Assembly (NCBI GenBank): GCA_036164015.1
Contig: JAYZJX010000088.1
Coordinates: 2,670 to 66,669, forward strand
Reading direction: 5' to 3'
Source of the DNA: Verrucomicrobiota bacterium
GTDB taxonomy: Bacteria; Verrucomicrobiota; Verrucomicrobiia; Opitutales; Seribacteraceae
DNA: 64,000 nucleotides
Under the pieces are notes generated by a model that was given only the letters and a program-made list of their open reading frames with translations, did not search any database and was not told the DNA's origin. Both the position numbers and the translations under genes were made by a program. Shown here in pieces: positions 38,541 to 52,200 of this stretch (the first letter of the stretch is position 1; every line of letters starts with the position of its first letter).

Positions 38541-39415
38541 GGAAGGAGGGAGAGAAGGTTTTTACCAAAAATTGCTTCCCTTTCGTAATTGTTCAATTTG
38601 GCTTCGTTTTCGACGAAATTCTTGAAGGTCAAAAAATCGGGCTTTTTTTGACCTTTGGGAAAGATTCGCAAGGGATAATCCGTTCCCCAGAGAATTTTTT
38701 CGGGACCTACGACTTCAATCAATTTTCGGTAGAGAGATGGTTCATAAATAAGGGGGCATGCAGCCAAGTCGTAATAAACATTCTTTAATTCCGTTTTTAT
38801 TTTAGGATTCAATTCATAAAAGGGAAAGAGTCCTCCTGCATGAGCAAGAATAATTTTTAGCTCGGGAAACTCGCGGACTAGCCATAGGAAATCTTCGAAA
38901 GGGGTAGGGATGCGACCAGCGTATTCATGTCCCACTGGTTCGGTAACATGATAAGTAACTGGCCACCCATTATCAGAAGCAAATTGCATGCATTTGATCC
39001 AATTTGTATTTTTTGGGGATGCCCCCTGTGCCCATGGATGGCATTCGCCAATTCCGAGAAATCCTTGATCTTGTCTTTTTTTGAGCTCATCCAGTGGATT
39101 TGGAGTTTTGGGGTGCAGACTTACAAAGCCGAAAAATTTGTTTGGGTTCTCCAAGATCCATTTGGCACACCAATTATTTTGGAGAATGCAGGTATCAGGG
39201 TTTTCCCAGTACCAACCAAGCAGGACGGATTTATTGATCCCGGCCTGCTGCATATCTTCAATCATTGTCATCCCAGGGGCCCAACCCTGAAGGCTTTTCC
39301 CTTTTTCAGGCTTTACTAAACTTAGCCAATGATCTTCGTTCAAGCTTTTGGCGAAGCTAACGGGATCCCGAATCACCTCCTCGGGGTATCGGTGGGTATG
39401 ACAGTCAATAATCAC
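38534..39415 (-). CDS. Amidohydrolase_2-family metal-dependent hydrolase
   Basis: IIDCHTH, GIGE, ILAHAGG, ILWGTDYP; GTG 39415 preferred. Confidence 0.85.
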   Translation of the reverse strand: MIIDCHTHRYPEEVIRDPVSFAKSLNEDHWLSLVKPEKGKSLQGWAPGMTMIEDMQQAGINKSVLLGWYWENPDTCILQNNWCAKWILENPNKFFGFVSLHPKTPNPLDELKKRQDQGFLGIGECHPWAQGASPKNTNWIKCMQFASDNGWPVTYHVTEPVGHEYAGRIPTPFEDFLWLVREFPELKIILAHAGGLFPFYELNPKIKTELKNVYYDLAACPLIYEPSLYRKLIEVVGPEKILWGTDYPLRIFPKGQKKPDFLTFKNFVENEAKLNNYEREAIFGKNLLSLLPC

Positions 39416-39493
39416 TAGATGTATGATATAACAGCACAAATTCTCTCGTCAGCCCTAAAGAAAGGACATTCAAATGACAGTTTTACAGAGAAA

Positions 39494-41134
<1,641 letters not shown>

Positions 41135-41329
41135 CTATTACCATCAAAGACATCGAAGACCTGACATGCAATGATCTTTTGTTAACAGGTATTGTTCCCT
41201 TGCTTTTAATATCTGCTAAATATACAACTATTAATCATTCTAATTGGTATTACTTATATTGTTAAATATTAAAGAATTTGTAGTCGTCTTATCTTTGAAG
41301 AGGTCAAAATATAAATAAAATATAATACG

Positions 41330-42061
41330 ATGTTTGCTAGTTCACTTGGAAAAAAATACTTAATGGCCTTATCTGGATTTGTGCTGATCGGATTTGTTTT
41401 CGTACACATGGCAGGGAACTTACAAATTCTTATGGGTCAGGAAAAAATCAATGCATATGCCCATACCCTGCAGTCCTTACCTTTGCCATTATTGTGGGGT
41501 TCTCGTTTATTTCTGTTACTTGCAGTAGTAGTTCATGCAGTGACTGCCTATCAGTTGGTCAAAGAAAATCGTGCTGCCCGCCCCAACAGAAATGACATTG
41601 AGAAAACACAGCGTGCAGGTATTGCCTCCTTGAAAATGGGTCTTACCGGATCGATCCTTCTTGCGTTCATAGTTTTTCACCTTCTTCATTTCACTACACG
41701 CACAATATATCCTGAATACAGTGAGATGTTGACTACGATTGGCTCTCCGGACTCGAATGAAATACATGATGTTTATTCTATGGTTTTGGCTGGTTTTCAG
41801 CACACTTGGGTATCAGTCTTTTATGTGGTTGCGATGTTCCTTCTTTGTGGGCATCTTGCCCACGGTGTAAGTAGTGCATTTCAATCCCTTGGACTACGTA
41901 CTGAGAACTGGCGTGTTAAACTCGATCTTGTTGCTAAAGCTTATGCATGGGTTATTTTCATTGGATTTTCAATTGTTCCCATCCTTGTCTTGGCACAGAA
42001 CTGGGGTATTGTGAGTATATTCGAAATTAATGCGGGTTTGGAAACACTCGCCTCCAATTGA
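41330..42061 (+). CDS. sdhC: Succinate dehydrogenase/fumarate reductase cytochrome b subunit
   Basis: SSLGKKYLMALSG, HMAGN, FHLLHF, HLAHG heme His residues; upstream of sdhA. Confidence 0.92.
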   Translation: MFASSLGKKYLMALSGFVLIGFVFVHMAGNLQILMGQEKINAYAHTLQSLPLPLLWGSRLFLLLAVVVHAVTAYQLVKENRAARPNRNDIEKTQRAGIASLKMGLTGSILLAFIVFHLLHFTTRTIYPEYSEMLTTIGSPDSNEIHDVYSMVLAGFQHTWVSVFYVVAMFLLCGHLAHGVSSAFQSLGLRTENWRVKLDLVAKAYAWVIFIGFSIVPILVLAQNWGIVSIFEINAGLETLASN

Positions 42062-42079
42062 TCTACCAAAATTTTCATA

Positions 42080-43996
42080 ATGAATCTCGACTCTAAAATT
42101 CCAGAAGGCCCGTTATCAGATAAGTGGGACAACCATCGTTTTTCTTCTAAGTTAGTAAATCCTGCCAACAAGAGAAAATTCAAGATCATTGTGGTAGGTT
42201 CCGGTCTTGCTGGAGGGTCTGCTGCCGCAACATTAGGTGAATTGGGATACAATGTAGATTGTTTCTGTTACCAAGATTCCCCGAGAAGAGCCCATTCAAT
42301 TGCGGCGCAAGGTGGCATTAATGCAGCAAAAAATTACCAAAACGATGGTGATAGCATTCATCGACTTTTTTACGACACAGTAAAGGGCGGTGATTTTCGA
42401 TCGAGGGAAGCAAATGTTTACCGTCTTGCACAAGTGAGCACTAATATTATCGACCAGTGTGTCGCACAAGGAGTCCCTTTTGCTCGTGAGTACGGGGGTT
42501 TGCTTGCAAATCGTTCGTTTGGAGGGGCCCAAGTAAGCCGTACTTTTTATGCACGCGGTCAAACAGGGCAACAGCTTTTATTGGGTGCTTACAGTGCACT
42601 AAGCCGACAAATCTCAGTTGGTCAGGTCAAAATGCACACTCGCGAGGAGATGCTCGATATTGTAGTGGTTGATGGACATGCCAAGGGTATTGTCACTCGC
42701 AACCTTGCCACTGGCGAAACGAAGGCATGGACCGCCGATGCAGTGCTTCTTTGCACAGGAGGATACGGAAATGTTTATTACCTTTCCACAAATGCGATTG
42801 GGTGTAATGTGACTGCTACTTACAGGGCATACCGTCGGGGTGCTGGATTCGCAAATCCCTGCTTTACGCAAATCCACCCAACCTGCATCCCGGTTGCTGG
42901 TGACCATCAGTCTAAGTTGACTTTGATGTCTGAGTCTTTACGCAATGACGGAAGAGTTTGGGTACCTAAGAAAGCGGAAGACTGTGGTAAAAATCCAAAT
43001 GATATTCCCGAAGAAGACAGGGACTATTATTTAGAGAGAAAATACCCAAGTTTCGGAAATTTAGCTCCACGCGACATCTCTAGTCGCTCTGCGAAAGAAG
43101 CTTGCGATGAAGGTCGTGGAGTCGGTCCAGGTGGGCGTGGTGTCTATCTCGACTTTTCAGATTCTATTTCAAGACTTGGCGAGAATGCCATTCGTGAAAG
43201 ATACGGTAATCTTTTCCAAATGTATGAAAGAATTACCGGAGAGAATGCTTATCAGCGTCCAATGCGAATCTACCCCGCTATCCATTACACGATGGGCGGC
43301 CTTTGGGTTGACTACAATCTAATGACCACAATCCCCGGGTGTTTTGCCCTAGGAGAGGCAAATTTTTCTGACCACGGTGCAAATCGACTCGGGGCAAGTG
43401 CTTTGATGCAGGGGTTGAGCGACGGTTATTTCGTCATTCCATACACTATTGGAGACTATTTGGCAAAGTCCGGAGCAGGGGCTATAAGTCCTGATTCTCC
43501 TGAAGTTAAGGAGGTTATGGAATCAGTCCGCGAAAGAGTTGATCAATTGGTTTCCTCAAATGGCAAAAGATCGTCTCGCTCCTATCACAAGGAACTTGGA
43601 CAAATCATGTGGGAATACGCTGGAATGGCTCGAAATGAAAAGGGACTGAACAAAGCAATTGGTCAAATTCAAGATCTTCGTGATGATTTTAATAAAAACC
43701 TTCTCGTACCCGGTAGTGGTGATAATCTAAATGCAGAACTTGAACGTGCGGGTAGAGTACGAGACTTTTTAGATTTTGGCGAATTACTTTGTCGCGATGC
43801 TCTTGAAAGAAAGGAATCTTGTGGTGGTCACTTTCGTGAGGAACATCAAACTGAAGATGGTGAAGCACTTCGTGACGATGAAAACTTTGCACATGCCGCC
43901 GTATGGGAGTACGAGGGAGATGGGAAAGCTCCAAGTCGTCACGAGGAAAAGCTGACATATGATAATGTGAAATTGGCGGTTCGCAGTTATAAGTAA
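42080..43996 (+). CDS. sdhA: Succinate dehydrogenase/fumarate reductase flavoprotein
   Basis: [42 protein letters not shown]. Confidence 0.97.
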   Translation: MNLDSKIPEGPLSDKWDNHRFSSKLVNPANKRKFKIIVVGSGLAGGSAAATLGELGYNVDCFCYQDSPRRAHSIAAQGGINAAKNYQNDGDSIHRLFYDTVKGGDFRSREANVYRLAQVSTNIIDQCVAQGVPFAREYGGLLANRSFGGAQVSRTFYARGQTGQQLLLGAYSALSRQISVGQVKMHTREEMLDIVVVDGHAKGIVTRNLATGETKAWTADAVLLCTGGYGNVYYLSTNAIGCNVTATYRAYRRGAGFANPCFTQIHPTCIPVAGDHQSKLTLMSESLRNDGRVWVPKKAEDCGKNPNDIPEEDRDYYLERKYPSFGNLAPRDISSRSAKEACDEGRGVGPGGRGVYLDFSDSISRLGENAIRERYGNLFQMYERITGENAYQRPMRIYPAIHYTMGGLWVDYNLMTTIPGCFALGEANFSDHGANRLGASALMQGLSDGYFVIPYTIGDYLAKSGAGAISPDSPEVKEVMESVRERVDQLVSSNGKRSSRSYHKELGQIMWEYAGMARNEKGLNKAIGQIQDLRDDFNKNLLVPGSGDNLNAELERAGRVRDFLDFGELLCRDALERKESCGGHFREEHQTEDGEALRDDENFAHAAVWEYEGDGKAPSRHEEKLTYDNVKLAVRSYK

Positions 43997-44003
43997 ACTG
44001 ACT

Positions 44004-44756
44004 ATGAAATTATTTTTAAAAGTTTGGAGACAGGATGGTCGTAGCGATGATGGTCGCTTCGAAACTCATACTCTCGATAATGTTTCAAAAGATTCTTCAT
44101 TTCTTGAAATGATGGATCAGTTAAATGAACAACTTTTGGAAGAAGGAACTGAACCGGTAGTTTTCGACCACGATTGTCGTGAGGGGATCTGTGGTATGTG
44201 CTCCTTAACTATCAATGGCTTACCTCATGGTCCTGAAGATTCTACTACCACATGTCAGTTGCACATGCGAAAGTTCGAGGATGGCGATACCATCACAATC
44301 GAACCGTTCAGAGCCAAAGCCTTTCCGGTTGTCAAAGATCTAGTAGTCGATCGTTCAGCATTTGACAGTATTACTCAAGCCGGTGGCTTTATCACCGTCC
44401 GAACTGGAAGTGCGCCTGATGGAAACGCATTACCTGTACCCAAAGACGACTCTGACAAGGCAATGGATGCTGCTGCCTGTATAGGTTGTGGTGCTTGCGT
44501 TGCCTCATGTAAAAATGCTTCTGCTATGCTTTTCACATCTGCCAAAGCTGGTCACCTTAATATGTTACCACAAGGGCAGGCCGAGAAAGATAAGCGAGTC
44601 CTCGCCATGGTTGAGGCAATGGATGACGCAGGCTTTGGAAATTGCAGAAATTATGGTGAGTGTTCTGCTGCTTGTCCCAAGGATATCTCTTTGGATTACA
44701 TCGCGAAACTTAATCGTGATCATGCGAAGGCTAAGCTCAAATCGATTTTTGCATAA
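44004..44756 (+). CDS. sdhB: Succinate dehydrogenase/fumarate reductase Fe-S subunit
   Basis: [33 protein letters not shown]. Confidence 0.97.
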   Translation: MKLFLKVWRQDGRSDDGRFETHTLDNVSKDSSFLEMMDQLNEQLLEEGTEPVVFDHDCREGICGMCSLTINGLPHGPEDSTTTCQLHMRKFEDGDTITIEPFRAKAFPVVKDLVVDRSAFDSITQAGGFITVRTGSAPDGNALPVPKDDSDKAMDAAACIGCGACVASCKNASAMLFTSAKAGHLNMLPQGQAEKDKRVLAMVEAMDDAGFGNCRNYGECSAACPKDISLDYIAKLNRDHAKAKLKSIFA

Positions 44757-44824
44757 ATCTTAAGTAAGTTTCTCAAATCTAAATAAGGTTGCGAGAACGA
44801 CGAACCTTTGGATTATACTTAGAC

Positions 44825-46234
44825 ATGCCAAACAATGAAAAGCATGTCACTTGGGGTGGTAGATTTTCTGCTCAGCCGAATGCACTCATGCAGGTCTTTG
44901 GAGAATCGGTATCATTTGATAAGAGACTGGCGTCTTACGATTTGCAGGGAAGTCTTGGTCATGCCGCGATGCTATCTCATGTTGGATTACTTACGGATAA
45001 AGAATTTAGCGAGATCAAGACTGGTATAGAAGAGTTGCAGGAAGAAATTTTAAAGGATGATTTTCCATGGAAACTAGAACTGGAAGATGTACACATGAAC
45101 CTAGAGCAGGCTTTAAGGGAGAAAACCGAAGCAGCTGACAAACTGCATACGGGAAGAAGTCGTAATGATCAGGTTGCTATAGATATGCGTCTCTTTTTCA
45201 AAGACGCTTGCTCTAACCTGCAAATAAGTCTCGAAGGTACGATGCAGTCACTTCTCACGATTGCAGAAAAAAATGCATCCTTGGCAATCCCCGGTTACAC
45301 TCATCTGCAAAGAGCCCAGCCGGTTACAGTAGGGCATCATATGCTAGCATACATTGAAGCATTGGGTCGTGACCATGAAAGGTTTTCGGTAGTGGCTAAG
45401 CATGCGAATTCCTGCCCCTTGGGTTCCGGGGCAATTGCCGGATCCACCTTACCCTTGGATCGAGAATATACTGCGAAGATTCTTGGATTTGTAGATGAAA
45501 ATGGAAACCCGTGTTTGACAGCAAACGGAATGGATGCGGTAGCTGATCGTGATTTATTCTTAGAATTTGCATCTGCTTGCTCAATAACCGCACTTCATTT
45601 ATCACGACTTTCGGAAGACTTAATTCTATGGAATTCTTCAGAGTTTGGGTTTGTTTCGTTGCCAGATGCTTTCACCACCGGTTCATCTTTGATGCCACAA
45701 AAGAAAAATCCAGATTGCTACGAACTAGTTCGTGGAAAAACAGGTCGGATAGTTAGCAATCTGACTAATCTTCTGATCGCTGTGAAAGGCCTTCCCCTGA
45801 CTTATAACCGGGACTTGCAGGAAGATAAACCGCCGGTTTTCGATAGCTTCGACCAGTTATCTGTTTGTCTGGCGGTAGTGAAAGGATGTATGGAAGGAAC
45901 TCTTTTCAATGAGGAAAAGTGTGAGTCTGCAGCATCTGATCCTCTGCTTCTTGCTACAGATTTGGCTGATTACCTAGTCATTAAAGGTCTACCTTTTCGG
46001 CAAGCTCATCATGTTGTGGGTGAGTTGGTTGGTCTTGCTGAATCCAAGGGAGTAAGCTTGACCGCTATCAGCGACGAGGAGGCGTCAGGAGTTTCAGAAT
46101 TTCTGACAGGCGAATGGCGCGAAGTGTTTGATCTCAAGAGAGCCTTTTCCATGAGGGAAAAACCGGGAATGCCGGGACCTAATCAAATAGCTACTAGGAT
46201 TGCTCACTGGAAGTCTGTTTTGTCTGGCATTTAG
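44825..46234 (+). CDS. argH: Argininosuccinate lyase
   Basis: WGGRF, HTGRSRNDQ, PGYTHLQRAQP, GSSLMPQKKNPD; ATG at 44825. Confidence 0.97.
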   Translation: MPNNEKHVTWGGRFSAQPNALMQVFGESVSFDKRLASYDLQGSLGHAAMLSHVGLLTDKEFSEIKTGIEELQEEILKDDFPWKLELEDVHMNLEQALREKTEAADKLHTGRSRNDQVAIDMRLFFKDACSNLQISLEGTMQSLLTIAEKNASLAIPGYTHLQRAQPVTVGHHMLAYIEALGRDHERFSVVAKHANSCPLGSGAIAGSTLPLDREYTAKILGFVDENGNPCLTANGMDAVADRDLFLEFASACSITALHLSRLSEDLILWNSSEFGFVSLPDAFTTGSSLMPQKKNPDCYELVRGKTGRIVSNLTNLLIAVKGLPLTYNRDLQEDKPPVFDSFDQLSVCLAVVKGCMEGTLFNEEKCESAASDPLLLATDLADYLVIKGLPFRQAHHVVGELVGLAESKGVSLTAISDEEASGVSEFLTGEWREVFDLKRAFSMREKPGMPGPNQIATRIAHWKSVLSGI

Positions 46235-46246
46235 GTCTAAGAGATA

Positions 46247-47302
46247 ATGGGCAGGATTCCATATATTCTCAGCCTGATACTTTTAATTTCTTTTGTTCGG
46301 GTAGATGCAAGAATTTGGACAACCGTAGATGGTAGGACGCAGACGGGGGAATTATTTGAAGTCGAAGGAGAAGAGGTGGGTATAAAAATCAAAGGACGGG
46401 AGTACAGGTTCTTGATCAGCAGATTCATTCTATCGGACCGTCAATACATTCGTGAGTGGTCCAAAGTGTCAAGATGCCACCGATGCTCCAAACCGATTGG
46501 AAATTCACGAGTAAGGGAAGCGGGTTCATATAAATTTCATGAGTCATGCTTTAAATGTCTAGTGTGCAATAAGGGGTTTCAGGGTGGTGAAAAATTGAAA
46601 AGGGATGAATGGGGGGGCATGGTTCATGCAAATCATTTTAATCAGGCTGTGATGTGCGATACTTGCTCGAGAATTATTTCTCTTGCTCAATTGACGCCCC
46701 AGCAAATCCTCAAAGATGGACGAAAAACCTGCATTTCTTGTGCTTCCGATGGGGTTTATGAAGTAAAACGAATGGAAGAAGTCAGAAAGAGAGTATGGCC
46801 TACTCTGGCAGCATTGGGAATTTCTTTACCGAAGGGAGATGTAATAATAAGGGTTGTGGGAAAAGATGTGATTGCTAGACAGGCATTAAAAATAAATGCA
46901 CGAGGCAATCTACGTGGTTTAACTCTCACGACTTACAAAATTGTCAGCAGTAGTAAATCTACCCGAACCACTTTTGATCATGAGATCTTTATTTTGTATG
47001 GCATGCCGCACATTGAATGCGCATCTGTCTTGGCCCATGAATATGCTCATATTTGGTTAAATGAAAGATTTATAGAAGATTCCCCTCCTGTGGTGGAAGG
47101 ATTTTGCAACTTGGTTTCAGAAGCTATACTATTGCGGGAAAAAGGTAAACTTGCCTCGATTATCCGTGAAAATATGAAGCAAAGTGATAACCCAGTATAT
47201 GGTGCCGGATATCGCAGAATGAAACAACGGCTAGAAGTTTTGGGATGGACCGCCTTGCTTTCCGAAATGAAAAGAAAATCACAACCACCAACCCTCCGAT
47301 AA
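46247..47302 (+). CDS. Exported SHD1-like + LIM + DA1-like zinc metallopeptidase
   Basis: Signal peptide; RIWTTVDGR...LSDRQYI (SHD1-like); C-x2-C-x17-H-x2-C-x2-C-x2-C-x19-H-x2-H LIM; CDTC...DGRKTCISC; ILYGMP...LAHEYAHIWL...VEGFCN...YGAGYR. Confidence 0.85.
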   Translation: MGRIPYILSLILLISFVRVDARIWTTVDGRTQTGELFEVEGEEVGIKIKGREYRFLISRFILSDRQYIREWSKVSRCHRCSKPIGNSRVREAGSYKFHESCFKCLVCNKGFQGGEKLKRDEWGGMVHANHFNQAVMCDTCSRIISLAQLTPQQILKDGRKTCISCASDGVYEVKRMEEVRKRVWPTLAALGISLPKGDVIIRVVGKDVIARQALKINARGNLRGLTLTTYKIVSSSKSTRTTFDHEIFILYGMPHIECASVLAHEYAHIWLNERFIEDSPPVVEGFCNLVSEAILLREKGKLASIIRENMKQSDNPVYGAGYRRMKQRLEVLGWTALLSEMKRKSQPPTLR

Positions 47303-47303
47303 T

Positions 47304-48137
47304 ATGAAAATAGACGCCCATCATCACTTCTGGAAATATGATCCTGACACCTATTCTTGGATGAATGAAAATATGGATATTCTGAAGGTTGATTATCAAC
47401 CAGCGGATCTTAAGAGAGAAACTGAGAAGTCAGGTATCGATGGGGTAGTTTCGGTTCAGGCAGATCAGTCGCTTCGTGAAACCGATGATTTACTTGAACA
47501 TGCAAAAGTGAATGACTTTATCAAGGGTGTGGTGGGTTGGCTCCCTTTAGCTGATCTGAATGTCAGGGATTTGATGGATAAATATGCAATTAATTCCTTT
47601 CTTAAGGGGATTCGCCATGTTGTACAGGATGAGCCGGATGATAGTTTTATTTTGGGAGAACAATTCAATAAGGGTGTAAGCTTACTCAAAGAATATAACT
47701 GGGTTTATGATATCCTTATATACGAGCGACAGCTCGGTCCATCCATTCAGTTTGTTGATCGTCACCCGGAACAGATTTTTGTTCTGGATCACATTGCCAA
47801 GCCTAGAATAGAGGATGGATTGATCGAGCCTTGGAAAACTCAAATGTTTGAAATAGCCAAGCGAGATAATGTTTCCTGTAAACTCTCAGGTATTGCAACC
47901 GAGGCCAATTGGAATAAGTGGAAAAAAGAGGATCTATTCCCCTACATGGATATTGCCTTGGAAGCATTTGGACCTGATCGCATGATGTTTGGCTCTGACT
48001 GGCCGGTTGCGAGACTTGCAGTTGAATACGGTCCTTGGGTTGAGGTCTGCCGTGAGTTTATTGCAAGTCTTAGTGGAGATGAGCAAAGCCTGATTGAAGG
48101 AAATGTAGCATCAAAAGTTTACGGTTTGAATAAATAA
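47304..48137 (+). CDS. Amidohydrolase, L-fucono-1,5-lactonase-like
   Basis: IDAHHHFW, VSVQA, GIRHVVQDE, VLDHIAKP, CKLSG, FGSDWPV. Confidence 0.8.
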   Translation: MKIDAHHHFWKYDPDTYSWMNENMDILKVDYQPADLKRETEKSGIDGVVSVQADQSLRETDDLLEHAKVNDFIKGVVGWLPLADLNVRDLMDKYAINSFLKGIRHVVQDEPDDSFILGEQFNKGVSLLKEYNWVYDILIYERQLGPSIQFVDRHPEQIFVLDHIAKPRIEDGLIEPWKTQMFEIAKRDNVSCKLSGIATEANWNKWKKEDLFPYMDIALEAFGPDRMMFGSDWPVARLAVEYGPWVEVCREFIASLSGDEQSLIEGNVASKVYGLNK

Positions 48138-48154
48138 ACTCCCAACCGGGACTA

Positions 48155-49270
48155 TTAGCGCTGGTAGATTGGCAGGTAATGATATTTTACCGCCAACGCT
48201 AGCATAGCCATCGACGAGCAATACACTTCTCCAGCACCTGATTCAGAACCACCACCTTGCCATGCTCCGTTTTCTCTCTGCATAGGAAGAAGAATTTCCT
48301 CAACCAACTTACGGGCTTTGTCCGCATGCTCATCTCCCCTCTGGTACATGGCCTGGGCGTAGTAATAGGTTCCATAAAAGAAAAACTTCCTGTTTGTTTT
48401 GGGAATATTGTCAAGCAACCAGTCGGCTGCACCAAGCACAAAAGGTGATTCGTATTGCCCGCAAACTTGCATGGCAAGAAGTCCAGCAGCCGTAGTTGTA
48501 TATTCTGGATGCCCTCCTGGTTGGTAAGCAAAACCGGATTTTTTATCTATGGGTTCTCCCTGATCATCCAGCTTAGACTTATAAGAACGTTCTAAATATT
48601 CAATCGCATCGGAAATGGCGGATGATGGAACATCCAATCCTGAATTCTTGGCAGACCGTAACGCCATAAGCTGCCAAATCGTAACCGATAGATCTGCATC
48701 TCTTGAGTCGGGACTATACCGCCATCCTCCCTGTTGGGCTTGGTTCTTTTGCACTTTTTGTGATCTTAAAATCAGATCAATCGCTTTCTGACATTTTTCC
48801 CTAATTGATTTATCAGTCTCTTCATCCATTCCCATACCCAGCATTTCTGCTAGGGTGAGAGTTACTATACCATGTCCGTACATCCTGCCTCCATCTTTCC
48901 CGAAGTAACCTACTTCATCTTGATTTTTTTCAAGGAGTACGAATTCAAGTGCTTTGGCCATAGCCTCTCCATTTTCATTCGGATGTATAGGCAGGTGCCC
49001 AACGGCTGCAAGCGACATTAATGATAGTGCAGTAATGGCTGTGGGGTTCCCGCGGTCATAAATTGCACCGTTATCTTTTTGATTACTTAAAAGGAACTCA
49101 ATACCGGACTTAATGGCTTTATCCACTTCATCGGGCTTGAAAGGGTTTTTCCACTCTGCAGACTCAACCATTCCGGTTGGTTGACAGAGCACTGCTTTCG
49201 AAAAGGCGGTAAGCAGGATAATAAAGAAAGATGATCTTCTAAATAAATTAATCAGAAAGTTCTCCATCAT
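48155..49270 (-). CDS. Exported prenyltransferase/squalene-oxidase-repeat (alpha/alpha barrel) protein
   Basis: Signal peptide; QW-like repeats (LLSNQKDNGA, QQGGWRY, MQRENGAW), MYGHGIVTL, DLSVTIWQLMALRSA, C-terminal YLPIYQR. Confidence 0.85.
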   Translation of the reverse strand: MMENFLINLFRRSSFFIILLTAFSKAVLCQPTGMVESAEWKNPFKPDEVDKAIKSGIEFLLSNQKDNGAIYDRGNPTAITALSLMSLAAVGHLPIHPNENGEAMAKALEFVLLEKNQDEVGYFGKDGGRMYGHGIVTLTLAEMLGMGMDEETDKSIREKCQKAIDLILRSQKVQKNQAQQGGWRYSPDSRDADLSVTIWQLMALRSAKNSGLDVPSSAISDAIEYLERSYKSKLDDQGEPIDKKSGFAYQPGGHPEYTTTAAGLLAMQVCGQYESPFVLGAADWLLDNIPKTNRKFFFYGTYYYAQAMYQRGDEHADKARKLVEEILLPMQRENGAWQGGGSESGAGEVYCSSMAMLALAVKYHYLPIYQR

Positions 49271-52200
49271 TTTTTGGTGGTTCTTGCTTTATTTGCCATT
49301 GCTTGAAAGTATGCTTGCACCTGATTCCTGTAATTTTCAGATACCCTTTCACGTTTGGCTTCCAAAAGATCTTTAGCAAGCCTAGGAGGAAGCTTACCCC
49401 AGTCATCTTCTTCGGTTTGATCAAAATCAGGCAAGTCGCCCACTTCTGCAACGGGAGCGACCTGATATTCACCATCAGAAGAATTCATTTGGTTTCCTTG
49501 TGTATCAGACATGATTATTTTTGATCGTTGTTGTGCCATGGCTTGGGCGTGTGCTTCGGTTGCAAGTTGAAGAGACTGTAGTGCAAACGCCATGGCCTCA
49601 ATTGGAGTGGCCATAGCACTCTGTTGTCCAGATCCACCAGTACCTGGTCCTGTACCAGGTATCGGTTCACCAGGTAATTCGTTAGGCTCGCCGGAGAATT
49701 CGCCGGGCGTATTTTCACTACCAGTTTGCTCACCTTGAGCAATTTCAGAGGATGAAGTAGCCTCGGCTACTTCTCCCTGAGATTCGGTAAAAGGATTCTC
49801 ATTTTCAAAGATGGCCTGATCAAGGGAATCAAGAGTTTGGGCAAGCACTTCGCTGACTTCAGCGTTTGTAAATGGAGTACTTGAAGAAAAAGGGAAGTCA
49901 GTGCTGTCAGTGTCTTCGGCGGGTAAGTTTGCAAATTCACTGGAACCTTGTTCGGAAGGATTATTTGAAGAAATGGATTCAGGGTTAATAGGTTCGCCTG
50001 ACTGGAGATTTTCTAAAGCTTCGACTTGACTCTCTAAAGTATCACTTGCTTCATTAAGTGCCATGGCGGCACCAGGAAGATTTTCCTCAATGAGGTCCGG
50101 AGAAAATGGTTCGGGAAAATCTTCAAGTAATTGTTCCGCTGCGTTGGCAAGATTGGACGCCATTTCAGCTTGTTGAGATGCTTGCACTGATTCTTCCTCG
50201 GCAAGCTTTGCCGCCTGTTGTGCAGAATTTGCTAACTCTTGTGCATTCTCAAGATTTTCTCCTGCCGCTTCAGCAAGGGAAGCAAGTTGCTCAGCTTCTT
50301 CTTTTGCTGATTGAGCCTCACTTGCAACTTCATCTGCTTGTTGTGAAGATGCACTACCTTCCTGAGCTGCTTGTGCTACTAGATCAGCATTTTTTTCTAG
50401 ATTCTCAGCTAATTGTTTTGCTTGTTTTGCATCGTTGGAGGCTTCTAACATTTCAGCTTTCGCTTCCATAGCGGCTTCGGCTGTACTTTTAGCTGCCTCT
50501 TGAGCAGATTCTGCTTCAACAGCAAGATCTTCGGCAAGCTGATTAAGTTCTTGTTCCGCTTGGTTTGCTTGCTCGCTAAATTCCTCCGCCTGTTTCTGCA
50601 ATTCAGTAAAAGAAGGTTGATCTTCCAGCGCACCTTCAATTTCCGACGCACTATCAGCAAGATCTTCAGCCACCTGCTCATCTCCTTCGGGTTTACTTTG
50701 ATTTAGTTCTTCAGCCAGATCACTCGCAGATGCGGCAAGATCTTGTAATTCATTTGCTAGAGCTTGGTTTTCCAGAGATTGTGCGGTTTCTTGAATTTGA
50801 TTAAGTGCAGCATCTTCAGTGGATTCAGCGAGTGATTCCAGCACATCACTTGCCTCCTGATTTTCCAGTCTTTCTTCATGCCTCGCAGCCCGAGCCAAAT
50901 CCTGAGAAGTATCAAAAAGTTCTTCAGCTATTTGTTGCTGTGCTTCTTTGGCGTCAGCCAAAAGTTCCTGATTACCTTCAGCACTTTCAGTTAATTGATC
51001 CAGTGCCTCAGCGAGTGCCTCTGCTTGTTGCTGAAGATCCAGTGCCTGTTGAGCTGCTTCATCGGCAAGTTCAGAACCTTTTTTACTAGCTTGTGCATTT
51101 GCTTCCTGCTCACCCTGTTCAGCAATTGCTTCAGCGATTTGTTTCGCTTCTTCTGCCTGAGTGAGTGCTTCTTCTGCCTTTTCATTGGCAATGTCTACAT
51201 CTGCTTGAGCGAGTTTTGCTTTTTCCTGTAATTCTTCGGCTATTTTTTGTGCCTCTGAAGATTCCTGCTTTGCTTCTTTTAAGTCCTCGGTAAGTTCGGC
51301 AAATTCTTCTTTTGCTTCATCAAATTTTTCCTTCGTATTTGGATCATCTGGTTGTTCGTTTGATTTTTTTTCTGCCTGAGCAAGTTCTTGTTCTACCGCA
51401 GACAGCTTTTCTTTAATCTTATCTTCTTCTAATTTCTCAAGGAGTGATTGTTGCTGTGCATTTTGAGCTTCTTCATTTTTCAGATCGGCATCTTTCTGCA
51501 GTGACTCAGCTTGTGCCAGAGCATTTTTAGCAATTTCTTCGGTTTGAGTAGCTTTCTTTTCAGCTTGCTCTGGGGTTATGTCTGCCTGTTCAGCTAAATC
51601 TTCCGAAAGATCACCTAATTCGTCACTTGCATTTTTTAAGGATTCAGCAAGTTCTGAGGCTGCATTCTTCAATTCCTGAGTGTCAGGCTTTTCCTTGGCA
51701 AGGTCTTGGACTTTTTCACCCGTTTCATCAAGTGCTTCCATCACTTCTTCTGCTATTTCAACAGCCGTTGTGGCTTGTGCTTTTTCTGCCTGTTCTTGAA
51801 CTGGCTCGATTTTCTGCTCTGCTAATTTTTGTGTTTCTTTCGCCAATTCTTCCAGTTTTTTTGCAAGCTCCTTCTTTTGTTTCTGGATTTCTTGATCTTC
51901 TTTTTCCAGTTCATCAATCAAATTCTCTTCTTCGGTAAGTGCCTGCTCCAATTCTTCTTTTGCTTCCTCAACAGTTTCCTGAGCCAGATCAGATAATTCA
52001 TGTTGCATGACTTGATTTTGATCGAGTTCCTCTATCAGTTCTTCAAGAAGTTCTTCAGGAGCAAGTTGTGCTAGGTCGGCTAATCTTTCAGCCTGAGCAT
52101 ACTGCTCTTCGATTTCTTCGGACATTTCAAGGGATTCCTCTAAGTTTCGAAGTTCCGCCCTTGTCTCTGCCACTGACTCTTCTTTATCGAGTTTTTCGAA

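Noticed and set aside
48155-49270. Squalene-hopene cyclase
   Set aside because: Only ~370 aa (single barrel), has a signal peptide and lacks the DxDD catalytic motif (DADLS instead).
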